Positions 36,740 to 51,140 of a stretch of DNA of 64,000 nucleotides are shown one piece after another. Each line of letters begins with the position of its first letter. The stretch's first letter is position 1. This DNA is from Eledone cirrhosa (lineage: Eukaryota): the NCBI GenBank assembly GCA_964016885.1, contig OZ024742.1, positions 356,686,001-356,750,000 of the forward strand, given 5' to 3'. The translations under genes were made by a program, and so were the position numbers. Below the pieces are notes generated by a model. It saw only the letters and a list, made by a program, of their open reading frames with translations. It ran no database searches and was not told the origin of the DNA.

Positions 36740-37400
36740 TGAGGCTGTTTGCTTGTAAACGAATTGAATGGTATTATTACGCCCCTTTACGATCTGAGTT
36801 CAAATCCCACAGAGTTTAACTTTGCCTTTCATCCTTACGGGGTCGATAAAATAAAGTAGCAGTAATGTACTGGGTAATTGCTGGGCTTGTTCCAAAAGTA
36901 GAAACAATTATTATTATTCAATATGGTGGTGGGTTGGCAGTATTGGTAGAGGGTTGGACGCCATGCTTTGCAGCATAGAATTACGTCCCTTTACGTTCCG
37001 AGTTCAAATTCCGCTAAGGTTAACTTTGCCTTTCATCCTTACGGGGTCGATAAAATAAAGTACCAGTAATGTACTGGGTAATTGCTGGCCTTGTGCCAAA
37101 GGTATAAACAATTATTATTATTCAATATAAAACTCATGAATACTTTTACTCACTGCATTTTATTGAATGAACTTATCACCAATTATTATGTTTGACTATC
37201 AATATCATAAAGAACAATGGTAACTAAGCATGTTATGCCAACATATCGTGTGCATATTATTAATACGGCCCTTGCCATTCTGAGTTCAAATCCCGCCGAG
37301 CTTAACTTTGCCTTTCATCCTTATGGGGTCGATAAAATAAAGTACCAGTAATGCACTGGGTAATTTGCTGGCCTTGTGCCAAAAAGTAGAAACAATTATT
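36740..37400 (+). mobile_element. Cluster of three head-to-tail Meta-domain tRNA-SINEs with (ATT)n tails
   Basis: GAGTTCAAAT.CC...TTGCCTTTCATCCTTA.GGGGTCGATAAAATAAAGTA three times; the complete copy is ~36925-37123. Confidence 0.87.
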
Positions 37401-37421
37401 AATCATTAGTGTAATACTTAA

Positions 37422-37651
37422 CCCTATAGTTAGCAATCCCACCAAAACCACTTCTGGTTCTATGAAATAAAGTCACCCATTTTAAAGGTTTCCAATTTAA
37501 ATTAAAATCTTCCAGCATAATTTTACATAAAGAAAACTTACATTAAGTTACAATCTTAGTAATGAAATAATTGATAATTTTAGTAAATCCCTCAAAATTT
37601 TTCATTAACTAATTGAAATAGTATTCCATTAGAAATATGATCATCAGAGGG
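37422..37651. mobile_element. piggyBac-type MITE (family 2)
   Basis: TTAA|CCCT...AGGG|TTAA; related fragments near 38750-38960, 46100-46340, 52900-53045 and 58600-58755. Confidence 0.65.
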
Positions 37652-40089
37652 TTAAGATAACACATGACAGGTGGAGTGATCAGAAAATACACTAATTGAA
37701 TCCTCTGGTCAAAATTTTAAAAAAAAATTGACATTATAGATTAATTTATTTTTCTGATTTTTCTCAAAAATATGGCATACCTGTATGGTTAAGAAGTTTA
37801 TTGCATCCCTCCATAATCTTGTACTCAGTCAAACTGCATGGCATCTTGGACAAGTATATTTGACTACAGCATTGGGTTGACCAGTAGCTCGTGAGTGACA
37901 TTTGGTGGATTGAAGCTGTGCAGAAACCCAATGTGTATGTAACTATATGTATATATTGCATGAGTAACTTATTTTGTTGATTATTTTCATCAAACTGCTA
38001 AGTACTTGGATCAATATGATGGACTGACTAAATCCCATGAGATTAGTAGTTTATTCATCATCATCATCAACATCATACATCCATTTTCCCTGCTAGCATT
38101 GGTTAAACAAGCTGTCTCTTTGTGAAAGTGACTGTTTTACTCACACAGAACTGATTCTGGCTTGGTTGGTTTCTACACCTGGATGCCCTTCCTAACACAT
38201 TGTAAATTAAATATAATTGAGCTGATACAACATAAAGCTTTACTTGCATAGTGAGTTTATAAAAATCAAATGTCTTTCTCCCGAAGTTCTAGTACTTATT
38301 TCTCACAAGTTGATTTATAACAGGTGGAATGGCTCTTTCAGTGTGTCTCTTTCACAGTCCTCAGGGGCAATGTATTCTCCATCCTGCTGGCTGGGATTCA
38401 GAAGCAGGGAGTAAGATAGTTAGAAGTGGAGGATACTGGGTAAAGATATAGATAAACACTTACGTTCATACACAGATATATATATATATATATATAGGTA
38501 TTAAGTGGAATCGAGTTCAGTGTAGAGGAACTCAGCAAAGACTAATTAGTAGTAAACAACTTCTTATCAGTTTCTTATCAATAATACATTTTCTATGTTG
38601 TGTGTGCCAGATGACAAAGGGTGATGACAGGAAGTGAGACACTTTGAAATTTTTCTTCCCATACAAATATGTAGAAAATAGATGTTAGATATGATGATGA
38701 TGATGACTAAAGGCAGTAGCATACATGCAGCAGATTAGTCTTCTATGGTTTTCAAATATTTTATTAAATAATCAAGAATTTCTGGAGATTTAGTAATATA
38801 ACTAACCTTCTCACTATTAATGGTGTTTGGAATATAACTTAACAAAGTTTCTTATGTAAATTTATGATGAAAGTTTTTTCTTAAATACTTTAAAATATGC
38901 AGTTTTGGGGTAGTAGAACCGACAAGGGATAGTGTCAGGGAGTTTGGTGTCAAAACTGTTAAACCCTTGTTCAGAAAATAATGAGTTCATTGCTCTGATG
39001 TTTTCATGTTCAGTTGCACATGTGTTTAGTCAATATGTTTTTCTACCTCCATTTCCTTTGATCAGTTAATTTTCTTTATTAAAGCTTGTGAAAAGATCAA
39101 CATTGATCATCATTGCTTCCATTGAACATTTGGGAAGTTATTGAAGGCAAACCTGACATAGCTCATCAAGATTAAATATTTGTTTAAAAGCCATCAGGAT
39201 TTTTTTCTTTTTCACTCATTAAAAATACAAATTGTTTTAGATATTAACTACAGGTTGAAGTAATTTTTTTAATCACCTTTGACTACTTATTGCCTTCACA
39301 AAGAGATGGATTAATAATATTTGGTCTCCATCCCCTCCAATGTTTATTTAGTTTTATTCAGCTTTACCAAAGATGCGTGAACCTTTTTTTTTCTATTGCA
39401 TTTGGTAAAAGAAGTTTTTGTTTTGTTTTTTACATTTTATTAACTAGTTGTTCAATTTTGGGGGCAATTAATACAGAATATTACCTAGGAAACAGAATTT
39501 CAAATAAAAAGTTTTATAAAAGCAAAAACAATTATGTGTATAATCCTATGATATTGGATAAAACTATTCCAAAGAAATGTACATTGAAAACATGGGAAAG
39601 TCGAAACGATTGATTGCCTAATATTATTTTTTTTTAAATTGTATATATATGAATGTGTGTATATATATATATATATATAAACTATAAAAACTACAAAAAA
39701 TGTAAACAGAAAAAAATGATTTCATTAATTTCATTTATTTATCGCTTTATATATCGTTTTTTATTGAAATTTGTTTAATATGGTTTTTGTATTTAATTGA
39801 TTATTTATGTAGTTGAAGTCATGGGGCAAGGAAGCGTGTCAGGAGTAAAGTTTTTGATTAACACAATCTATCAAAGTGAGATTGGCAGTAGGGCTCAGCT
39901 AAACACATTGTAAATATCTCATAGCAATGGTGGTAGATTTAGCAGAATTGGTAGAGCATCAAATAAAATGTGAGTGCAGTAATTAAACTGGATCTTTATT
40001 ATTTTGTTTTTCTTATCAAAAAGATATTAAAATAAATGCTTACCAGTAATAGTGGCATCATTATTGAAATAAGGATGGTAAGAGAAACA

Positions 40090-40670
40090 GCATCATCACC
40101 ATCATCACCGTATAATGTCCATTTTTCCACACTAGCATGGGTTAGACAAGTTGTCCAGATGTGAAGCAATGCCAGATTACATTGGACCAATTTTGGCATG
40201 GTTTCTATGGGTAAATGCCATTCGTAACGCTAACCATATTAACAGTGTGTATTGGGTGCTTTTTATCGTGACACCTACACGACCACTTTACAGTGTGGAC
40301 TGGATGCTTTTTATTGTGACACCTACACGACCACTTTACAGCGTGGACTGGGTGCTTTTTGTTGTGACACCTACATGACGACTTTACAGTGTGGACTGGG
40401 TGCTTTTTGTTGTGACACCTACACGACCACTTTACAGTGTGGACTGGGTGCTTTTTATCGTGACACCTACACGACCACTTTACAGTGTGGACTGGGTGCT
40501 TTTTATCGTGACACCTACACGACCACTTTACAGTGTGGACTGGGTGCTTTTTATCGTGACACCTACACGACCACTTTTCAGTGTGGACTGGGTGCTTTTT
40601 ATCGTGACACCTACATGACGACTTTAGAGTGTGGACTGGGTGTTTTTTGTTGTCACCTATACAGCCACTT
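40090..40670 (-). repeat. RTE-tail element carrying a 48-bp minisatellite, about 9 copies
   Basis: GTGACACC at 40268, 40316, 40364 ... 40604 and a variant at 40652; terminal stem and (TGA)n at 40090-40145. Confidence 0.92.
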
Positions 40671-40904
40671 TTTTCCCTTTTTGATTCATTTTTTTTTATC
40701 ACTTGTCTCACTAGTTCTTTTTGATTACCAACTGTAAGGAGTATTCAATATTTCCTCTAGTCTGTCATAGCTTACTAGCTCTATACGGACGTTTAAATTG
40801 ATTAAATGAATAATTAAGGTAATGCCATAGATGTGATTCAAAATAGTGCTGTTGTTAGGTAGATATTGGATAACTATTGACTGATCAAACTTATAAAACA
40901 AATA

Positions 40905-41350
40905 TCATCATCACCATTTTACGCCCGTTCTTCCATGCTAGCATGGGTTAGACGGATTGTCCTGCTGTGGGCAGTGTCCGATCGGCTAACCTTGTCTTGG
41001 TCATATGGGAACTGATTCTGGCTTGATTTCTACAGCTGGATGCCCTTCCTAACACCAACCTCATTTACAGTGAGTGCTGGGTGCTTTTTTGTCGTGACAC
41101 ATCCACAACCACTTTGCGGTAGAAAGTCGAGTCTTCTGTATTACTGCATGACACCAGAGGTCATGGTCGTGTGTCATTGCTCTTGAGAAGTGCAATTGGG
41201 TAAGATTGGCTTTTATCACCTCATCCCAGGTTTTCTTGGGTCTCCCCACTCCGCAGCTTCCATCGTCTTCTAGTGCTCTGTACCTTTTTATGCAGCTGTC
41301 ATCCTTCATACGTATCACATGTCCATACCAACACAACCTCTTCTCCTGCT
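40905..41350 (-). mobile_element. RTE family B 3' end with shortened 3' UTR
   Basis: QEKRLCWYGHVIRMKDD...GRPKKTWDEVIKANL; homologous to 15545-16090. Confidence 0.88.
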
Positions 41351-41981
41351 GATGATGATGATGAATAATGGTTAGGAGTGAAACATTAGATTCTATGTTA
41401 CCCACAGCAACTGAACATACCAAACTCTGCTAGGAATGTTTTCTCCATATTGACTAATTGTTGCTGACTAAATGATAGGACTGGGGTCCCTATCATTAAA
41501 TCACCCAAGACACCTCCAGTGAGATATACCATGGAGGAGGCCAGCTAAACCTGCATAGGTGTGAGCTGTAAAACAACAACAACAATTGTTGCCGATGAAG
41601 ATCATTGCCAGTTTCCGTGAATTTCACATATTATCCTATTTTAAGGATCATTTATTCTTGTCAATTACATAGAGATGGTCAGGTGACTCTACATGGTAAC
41701 ATTCGATAACCCATTTAAAGTTGAATCAATTAATAGTTTATCACAGAACTATTTGTCTAACTGATACCAATGTCAGAAATTGAATTATCTTAAAATAAGT
41801 ACAACTGTTAAAGACAGGTATCATTAACCCAAATTTTGTCAATTCAAACCTTGGCAAATTGCATTAGAGACTTAAGTAAATTATTTGATGCTACTCATCT
41901 TCTTCAGTCAAGCTCAATGATTAATGGGTCATTAATTTTATAGTCGAAAGACTTAATTAAAAAATGCTTGAATTCCATTAA

Positions 41982-42188
41982 CCCTTTAGCATTTGAATTA
42001 TTCTCTATATACTATTGTATTTTCGCATTAAAGGCTTTATCTTACATAATATCAAATTTATGAGATTTTGATATTATTTATTTTGAGAACAATACGTTAA
42101 CATTGGGATGAGTGGTCAGTTATGGCCGGTTTGAACAGAAGAGGTGAGAGAATTCTGGCCAGATACAGCCAGCTTGAATGCTAAAGGG
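41982..42188. mobile_element. piggyBac-type MITE (family 1)
   Basis: TTAA|CCCTTTAGCATT...AATGCTAAAGGG|TTAA. Confidence 0.85.
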
Positions 42189-42834
42189 TTAAATGCTATA
42201 ATTTGTAAATATTACTAATGTAGCTGGGAGTTGGATTTTCTGGTTTAAACTGTCCTTCTCTGTAGGATGTTGTTATGGTTTAAAACACTAAGTATTCCAA
42301 GATTTCTCTAATTCAAGTCTAATTAAAACCTATTTTACTTAATTAAAAAGAAAGATTGATTTAACAAAGTATGTTAGAAGAAATAATTAAGAAAATATGT
42401 AATCTGACATTTCACTGATTTTAAAAATTCTCCTTATACTCTATTTATACGTTAACTATAACATTGAAAAAGAAATAACCATTATATCTTGCAATACATA
42501 AAAGCTCAAAATTCTCATGTTTGCATATTGTTTAAAATATATCTTCCATCCTCCTGATGGTTAATGAGTGGTACATATAGGTTTGGTAATATCACATGTT
42601 TTATCATTGGCTTCTTCAGTGTATAGCTGAGTTGTTAAGATTTTTGCTTTGTAATTATGGGTTTATTAGTTCAACCCAACGGTGTGGCATTTTCGAGCAA
42701 GTTACTTTACAATAATTTCAGGCTGGTTCAAGTCTTTCTGAGTAAAACTGAGTGGATGGAAACTGTATGGAACCCAAACCTGTAATTCAAAGGTACAGCT
42801 ATGTAATATATTGAGTCATTCTGATTCAGCTGGT

Positions 42835-42968
42835 GGAGGAGCATGGCCTAGTGGGAAGGGTGTTGGACTTACAATCATCATGTTATGAGTTCAATTCTTG
42901 GGCTGGGTTGTGTGTTGTGTTCTTGAGCAAAATACTTTGCTTCAGTATACTCAGCTGAGAATGAGTGC
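42835..42968 (+). mobile_element. tRNA-headed CORE-type SINE (head plus core)
   Basis: TGGCCTAGTGG, GAGTTCAATTC, CTTGAGCAAAATACTT...CTCAGCTG. Confidence 0.75.
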
Positions 42969-42984
42969 CAACAATATATATTAG

Positions 42985-43376
42985 CCTTTTAGCGTTTAAA
43001 CTGGCCATATCTGGCCAGAATTCTCTCACCTTCTTCTGTCAAACCGGCTATAACTGGCTGCTCATACTGATGTTAAGGTATTGTTCTCAAAATAAATAAT
43101 ATCAAAATCTCATAGATTCGATATTATGTAAGATAATTATGTGAAATAAAATGTTTGCTGTGAAAATATAATAGTAAATATAGAGTAATGTAAATGCTAA
43201 GGCGTTAAACCGGCTGTATCCAGCTAGAATTATCTCACCACTTTCTGTTCAAACCAGCTGTAACTAGCCACTCATATCAACTTTAAGGTATTGTTTTGAA
43301 AATAAATAATATGTAAGATAAAGTGTTTAGAGTGTAAATATAATAGTGAATATAGAGTAATGTAAATGCTAAAGAG
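42985..43376. mobile_element. Two tandem copies of piggyBac-type MITE family 1 (opposite orientation to 41982)
   Basis: Shared internal sequence and AATGCTAA.G.GTTAA ends at ~43208 and ~43380. Confidence 0.8.
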
Positions 43377-44112
43377 TTAAGCAGCTGGATGTCCTTTGTA
43401 GTGCTAACCACTCAAGTAAGGAATGGGAATTCTTCTTCTTTATACCTTGACTAATAGAGTATAAATTTGTCTGACAGATTATATTAAAATGCAACAGCTG
43501 TAGTAGAATTTGAACTGCTCAGATATTAGAGAACAATTTCAATGAACAACCATATTTCGTACAGTGGAAATGATACTAATTTATATTGCATTTTCTTGTT
43601 TACCATTGCAAGTGAAATTATTCCATTTGGGATCTTTGCTGCCAGCAATATTTTAATATGTTATTTGCTGATTAAAAAATATGCAGTTTCTGTAGAAATT
43701 AGCATGAAGGATTTGTACAATAAGATGTTCTCTGCTTAATTTGCAATTTGTACATCAATAAATAGAAAGATTATTAAAGTTTAATCTGAATTTAAAAAAA
43801 AAAAAAATGAAGATGCAAAATAAGCAATTTATAAAATTCTGAAATAATCTTATAGATTTATGCAATGTCAGAAAATGTCTTATTTCTTAAATGTCACTTT
43901 AATAAAATTAATAAATATTTACATTTTTTAAATTTTCTAAGTGGATATTTTTTCTATATTTAATCTATTTTTCCTGGAAATATTGCTTATAACTCTCATG
44001 TTACTCGCTTTAATAACTGTTAATTTCAGACAAAATATTTTCTAACAATACTTAGAACAATACTTCTAAAATATTTCCTTTTTCATTTACATGATCTGTA
44101 TATATATATATT

Positions 44113-44166
<54 letters not shown>

Positions 44167-44699
44167 TCATCCACACATTTGTGTCTGTATGGGGTGGGTG
44201 TCTGTGATTGTGTGTGTATGTGTAGAAGTATTAAGAAAAGGCCAACAAATTTCAAATTGAATTTAAATGAAAATAAATTAAACATGTACAGAGTGGAGAC
44301 ATATGTTTGTACAAATATATGAATGGATGTTTTATAAATATGTTCCTATTGATAAGATTGTTCTTTGTTTGAGAGTGGAATAATTGTTTAACATAAGAAA
44401 GAAGCTTGTTTGAAATATAATACCCATGTTTCTTAATGCTGTCTTTTAAATGATTCTTTAAATTTACACAAAACATTTACTAACCAACAAAGGCATTGTT
44501 TGTTTCCCTTTTTAATGCTGCAGCAACATCTTTCCTTTAAAACTGTCTTTTCAGACAGGAAACATATATTTAAGTTATAAATATTATGGTGACATTCTGG
44601 ACAATAAAAACTCTGGCTACAATAAGAATGCTTCTTTGATCATCTAATCTTTTATTATATATCTTGTGAAATAAATCTGAACAGAAGTATTGAACAACA

Positions 44700-45000
44700 A
44701 TATTTCATGGCCTGAAAGACATAATTCCTGATCTGCAAAACTGGCTGAGTATTAAAATTATCAGCCAATGTTTGTTGAAGAGATGATTACATTGGTATAA
44801 AGCTGTAATGTGAGTGGATAATGAATACTGTATGAAAACATAGCATTTACAGTATGAATACTGTACGAAAACATAGCACGTACAGTAATGGGAAGTGAAG
44901 CTGGTCATCAGGATGCTGAGACTAACAAATATAATGCTATCAAGCCTTGATGAGAGATGATAAACCATGTTACACACCTATCAACAGCGAATAATCATAT
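44700..45000 (+). mobile_element. Ancient RTE 3' relic
   Basis: LQNWLSIKIISQCLLKR*LHWYKAVM*VDNEYCMK aligns to LREKLSIRGIKCCVQERRLRWYGHVMRMKDDSCIK. Confidence 0.6.
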
Positions 45001-45054
45001 TACAACCCTGACCAATAGGGAACAAAAAACATTAAAATACTGCTCTTGCTAGTA

Positions 45055-45460
45055 ATAATTGTTTCTACTTTTGACACAAGGCCAGCAATTACCAGTACAT
45101 TACTGGTACTTTATTTTATCGACCCTGTAATGATGAAAGGCAAAGTTAATCTCGGCGGGATTTGAACTCAGAATGGCAAGGGCCGTAACTCTATGCATCA
45201 AAGCATGGCGTCCGACCGTCTACCGATGCTGCTAATCCAGCAATAATGGTTTCTAATTTAGCCACAAGACTAAAAAATTTAGGGGAGGGGAACATAAATT
45301 AAATCGACGCCACTTCATCACTGGTGCTTTATTTTATCGACGCTGTAAGGATAAATAAAATGCAATGCTAATCTTGGCAGGATTGAAATTCATAACATAA
45401 AGGGCTGTACCTCTATGCCACTAAGCATGTTGTCTGATGCTCTACCGATACAGCCATTTC
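45055..45460 (-). mobile_element. Two tandem Meta-domain SINEs
   Basis: Meta core twice on the minus strand. Confidence 0.8.
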
Positions 45461-47100
45461 ACCATCCTACTGTTGCTAGTAATAATAAGGTAGACTTGTT
45501 AGGGAGAAAACTAATCTGTCCAATGAGGGCCCATTTATACCAAACTGTCAGAAAACATAAGGGTTTATTAGGTTTGAAGAAATGCAAGTACACATCACAT
45601 AAAACATTGAAATAAAGTAAAAGAAATGTCAATGTAATTTTGACCCTAAAGAATTTGCATGTTGAATAATTAGAAGTCTCTATGGAATTGGTATATTCCT
45701 ACAGTTTATGTAGTAATTAATGAGATAAGAGATAAATTCATTGCTAGATAGAAGGTCAATCTCTTGCAGGTATTGGTACATTTTCTTAGCTAATTAAATT
45801 TATAAAGATATAATTAATTAGCTTAGATCTGAAACATGTCACAGCAAATGCTATAGGATATCATCTTAACAAGTGTATATATGCTGCCACATGAAGTGCA
45901 GGAAATAACAGCCAAATCTCCCTCAGTCATGCCCTACAGTCAAAATATAGTTTGAAGAATCTAGTAGCTGATATAGAAAAAAGAAATAATAATTTAAATA
46001 AATAAAAGAACAGTTATGTCTAGAATAGCTGTGGTTATAAACTCTGCTTGACTGAGGCTGATCTGGGCTAGACAACCACAACTTAATTCTTTAATGAAAT
46101 AGTTTAACTCCTTGAGCATTTTCATCACAATTATAAATATATAATCGTTCTTCCTAAGACGTTAAGAAGAAGCAGTTTCAAATATATTTAATAGAAAGTA
46201 GTTAGATTCATAAATCTTTCTATTTAGAAAATTGGTATAGAGCTAAATTTGAAGGTAGATTGAATATAATTTAATTGATTTCTTTTTTCTTGGTGAAGTA
46301 AATGAATGCCAGGCTGAAAATTATTTACCGAAAGAGTTAAATTACTTGCTGGATTGAAACCAATTTATAAGTGTTCCAAGAGATGGAATAATTCACTTTT
46401 GAGGCCACATTTGGCACTTGATTAATTAAGAATCAGAAATACTGGACAGTTTTGCCAGTAATTTTAATCATTAATTTTGATCAAAATACTTTGCAAATAT
46501 TCAGCTAAATGTTGATTTTGGGAGATGAAGTTCCTAACGAACATTGATTCATTTGTAGAAATATATTCTTCAAGATGCTGCACAAATTAGGATGAAAAGG
46601 AAAGGAAAATTTGGACAAAGATAAGAGCAGAGATATGAGTTAAGAGATGTTCAAATATATCTTACAGTAATTTATTCATTTCCAATGACCTGCTGTGCTC
46701 TATTCTCAACACTTTCCTCGAGTAATAAATTTTCTGATTCCAAGTAAACAGTCCTCCCAATCTGTATTGCATGGTAGTACTTATATTAAACATCCCCTAA
46801 CTTTATATATATATATTGTTATACTTGGGGAGGGTCATATTGTTGTAATAATATTGCCAAAATAATAACAGAACGCACTCACTGTTTGGTTGGTTTTCGC
46901 TTCTGTGTCTTTTATATCTCCATAGTTAATTCATTTGGCCATCAATGTTTATCATTGACTGACCAACAGTAAAAAATACAGATATAAATATATATATATA
47001 GTCTAACAAAGTTCTTTCATTGCACATCTGCAACATCATCAGTCAGTGGTACTATTATCATGTTTCCTCCTATTGTATTGTAATGTTTACGCCATTTTTA

Positions 47101-47147
<47 letters not shown>

Positions 47148-47929
47148 GAGAGATGCATGTAAATTCCAACCATGGTGCCAAGCAAAACCACTTGGTGTCA
47201 CAGTCAGGATTTCACATATCTTTCTCCCCACCCTGCATCTCCCCATGTATTGTGTACTCTCCTGATAAGTGTTTCTCTGTTGTCAGCACCACAGATTATG
47301 CATACATTCATATATATATATATATCCATATATAATGCACCACACATGGTGGGCCCCCTTCAGTCAGGAATGACCATGGATTTGCACATGGAAAACTCCT
47401 TTCCAAGATGCAAATCTGGACAAGTCATTTTCTAGAAAATAACCTGCTAGTTGAGCTATTGTACTCACATAAGCTCATAGGTCTTAAGTTGAAATCCACC
47501 GTTTTAGGTGACTCCTTGGTCAAATACTTCTATATTACCTTCACATAGGTCACTTCACTTTAGCAGTCAAGCAATGGCACAAGTTATTTTGTTTCACTTT
47601 ATTGGAAATATCACCAGTGCAATAAACTGGCTCCTTATCCAGAGGTAGCTTCAAATAGTAAAAGTCTGTGGCCTAGTGATTAGGGGTTGGACACAGATGC
47701 TTTTGAGCAAACACTTCATTTAACATTGTTCCAGTCCATTCAGCTATGAAATATATATATATATTAGGGGTAGACAAGATCACTGCAAGCCTGAAGGAAT
47801 GCAACCCATCCAGCAGAGGGTCCTGATGGTGTAGAGTATATTAGAAGTGATAGAATTAAAATAAGGCTATAATCATATTTAATATTTTAATAGTCGCCAA
47901 CAAAACAAAAACAACTACTACTACACAAA

Positions 47930-48135
47930 TAATAATTGTTTCTATTTTAAACACAAGGCCAGCAATTTAGAGGAAGGAAAAATCGATTAAATCAACCCCA
48001 ATGTATTACTGGTGCTTTATTTTATTGATCCTGTAAGGATGAAAGGCAAAGCTAACCTTGGCAGGATTTGAACTCGGAACGTAAAGGACCAATACTCTAT
48101 GCCACAAAGCATGTTGTCCAACACTCTACCGATAC
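47930..48135 (-). mobile_element. Meta-domain SINE
   Basis: Meta core and B-box on the minus strand. Confidence 0.8.
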
Positions 48136-48669
48136 TACAATAAAGTGGTATTTGATGAAGCAATTCACCAGTATTCATGTCAGGTTCACCGATGATTTAA
48201 ATGACTGCATTGCAATTAGTATTTACTAGCATGTGTAGTGTGTATATTGATATTATACGCAAGTATATATACATGTAGATATGATACATCAAATAAAATC
48301 GTAATTGACAATATACACAGAAATTGAATGAAGACTGTGTTACACTGTCTCCTGTAATGAGTAACGTAATCTGTGATACATTAAAAAAGACAATATTATA
48401 TAGAAACTGCATTAGGAGAAAATTAGTGATGGAAATATATGAATGTTTATTTAAGTGAACGCTAACCGGAAGTGTTGACATTTGAAAATTTTAAAGAAGT
48501 GAATCTTTAAATAAGCAATAAAATATATTTAATCAAAAGCTACAAAATTTAGCAGATAAATTATGTAATATTCATTCATTATTTATTCAAAGTAATCCAA
48601 CTTATTTTACTAATGAGGTAAAAAATTATATTCTGGATGCAGTCCCGCACTCCTTTATTTATTATAGTT

Positions 48670-49010
48670 AAGATTGGTAAGGGTCAAACAACACTTGTTT
48701 GGAAACCTGAGTAAGGGAACAGTTGTTAGGAACTATAGGTCACTTGCTTGTCTGATCCTATTTTGGAAATTGTTGGCTGGCATATTTGTGGAGGGATCAT
48801 GTCCCCATGTAATTTCAAATGGTGTTCTTTCTGAGGAACAGAATTGGTGTTGAAAAAAATTATGAGAAACAAAATATCGTTTAACAATTAACAGAGCACT
48901 GATGTGTAATTTTAAGCAAAGAATTACCAATTTCTGTATGACTCAGGAGGATTTCAAAAAGACATTTAATATAATACCACATTCTTGGATCATAACATAT
49001 GCTGGAATGT
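48670..49010 (+). mobile_element. R4/Dong-type LINE RT relic
   Basis: RNYRSLACLILFWKLL...SEEQNWC*...TNFCMTQEDFKKTFNIIPHSWI resembles NYRPI.CL..WKLL...EQKGC...WIDYKKAYD.VPHSWI. Confidence 0.7.
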
Positions 49011-50284
49011 TTGAAATAGCACAGAATAAATTCAAGAATTCAAAACGGGAAGACTGAACTGTGCCCTGATAATCAGTTCTTAGGGTCTGTGCATATAAAA
49101 CAAGCATCTTTCAAGACAATTCCTATTCTTCATTGTTATATGTTATCTTAATCCCACTGGCAATGGTTTTGTGAAGAGCTAAAGTCTATTATAGTCATTT
49201 TTCCATACAAAATACTTCAGCAATGTTGCTATAATCACTGCCTCTATTTCTCTCACTCTCCCCATCTCTCAATATTACAAGAAAATGGGGGCCCATGCAC
49301 TAGCCACCCTGTGAAGGTGTTTTCTTGGAGGATGGTGAGTTAGACACATTGGAAGAGCCATTCCAGCTTGTGATGCACACACCTGTGTGTAGCCAACTTT
49401 GTGTCGATGGTGGTTAGTTGGTAGGTGGACCTGGGACCAAGAACACCAGAAGTCTCCACAAAGTTGAAAACTAATTCGGAAAAAATGAATTACAAATGAA
49501 TCCTTTTAACATTTTACTTTTCCTGTTAAATATATATGTCCCATCCTACCAAAATAATCTGCCTTCTGTTCAAAAGAAATCATTATCATCCTCCTTATTT
49601 TATCATGTATTTCCACATGTTGGCATAAATTACCAAGATTAGCAAAATAATCCTTTGCATGAATATTTGCTCTATAACGATAATTATTATATGATGTGCA
49701 GTCGATTGTTGCACCTGGCAGTGAACTGGTCTTTTTCGTTTTTGTTTCTGCTCACCCCTTTTTCTTTTTTTCCTTTCTCTTACTCTGGTCGTATGTTTTG
49801 GTGTTGTTGTTATGAGGTTCCTGACAATAGTTGGTTATATTTGTTATATGTGCTTATATTTGTGTTTATCAACAACATTATATTTGTAATATTATTCTGA
49901 AAGAAATGTAAACAATTTTTAATGTTATTTATGTATTTGTAATGTTATTTATACAACTGTGAATAAAATATCCTATAATATATTAAAAATAATCATTATC
50001 ATAAAAATCATTTTTATCATTGTTATAATAGAGGGTGGTGACTCAGCAGTATTGGTAAAGCATTACTATGCTAAAATACCAGTAAATTATTGAGTTTGTT
50101 ATAATCAATTTTCCCCTCTCTCCACAATTGCTGGCCCTTGCCAAAATTAGAAATTATCCTTTTTATTATTATTAAAATCATTATTATTTGCTTTTACTAT
50201 GGTTGTAGTTTTACCTTACTTTCAAAATTAGGTGAAATCATTAACTCCCACTATTACTAAATTCATCCATTTCCTTGTGGTAAA

Positions 50285-50815
50285 ATGATAAAACCTTTCT
50301 ATCTCACTCGACCAACACTAACTACCTCAGTCCTTCACCAGATAGTTCTGTATCTTTATAGTGACATGATAAAACCTTTCCATCTCACAAGACCAACACT
50401 AACTACCTCAGTCCTTCACCAGATAGTTCTGTATCTTTATAGTGACATGATAAAACCTTTCCATCTCACAAGACCAACACTAACTACCTCAGTCCTTCAC
50501 CAGATAGTTCTGTATCTTTGTGGTGACATGATAAAACCTTTCCATCTCACAAGACCAACACTAACTACCTCAGTCCTTCACCAGATAGTTCTGTATATTT
50601 ATAGTGACATGATAAAACCTTTCCATCTCACAAAACCAACTCTAACTACCTCAGCCCTTCACCAGATAGTTCTGTATCTTTATAGTGACATGATAAAACC
50701 TTTCCCTCTCACATAATCCAACACTAACTACCTCAGTCCTTCACCAGATAGTTCTGTATCTTTATAGTGACATGATAAAACCTTTCCATCTCACATAATC
50801 CAACATTAACCTCAG
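50285..50815. repeat. 81-bp minisatellite, about 6.5 copies
   Basis: ATGATAAAACCTTT every 81 bp from 50285. Confidence 0.95.
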
Positions 50816-50839
50816 TTCTTCACTGTGTAATTCTTTATC

Positions 50840-51140
50840 TTCCTTAATGACTCTCTTTGATCTCTTGAGGCATCTTTCTCATTTGTGTTTCTCATTAGTG
50901 AGCTCCCATAGTAAAAGTTTGTAGCAGGTTCCTTTCCTTTGATGACATGACCTGCAAGTTTGAGACTCCTGATATGGATGGTATGGCTAATGGGCGGAAG
51001 GTTCTGATAGAATTTTATATGTAAAATGGATGAGTGGTTTGATGTTTTTTTATTCTTCTTAGCATTCAGGTATAGCAGCCATCTAAAGCTCGAGTGATAG
51101 GTATCGTCATCAACCATGATTCAGAGGAATACAGTAAGAT
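50840..51140 (-). mobile_element. Old RTE/RTEX-type LINE C-terminal relic
   Basis: FYQNLPPISHTIHIRSLKLAGHVIKGKEPA. Confidence 0.55.

Noticed and set aside
40240-40670. CRISPR-like array
   Set aside because: Contiguous 48-bp units with no unique spacers, no cas genes, eukaryotic context; the unit derives from a retroposon UTR.
50285-50716. 143-aa ORF with 27-aa repeats
   Set aside because: By-product of an 81-bp (multiple of three) minisatellite; later units contain stops.
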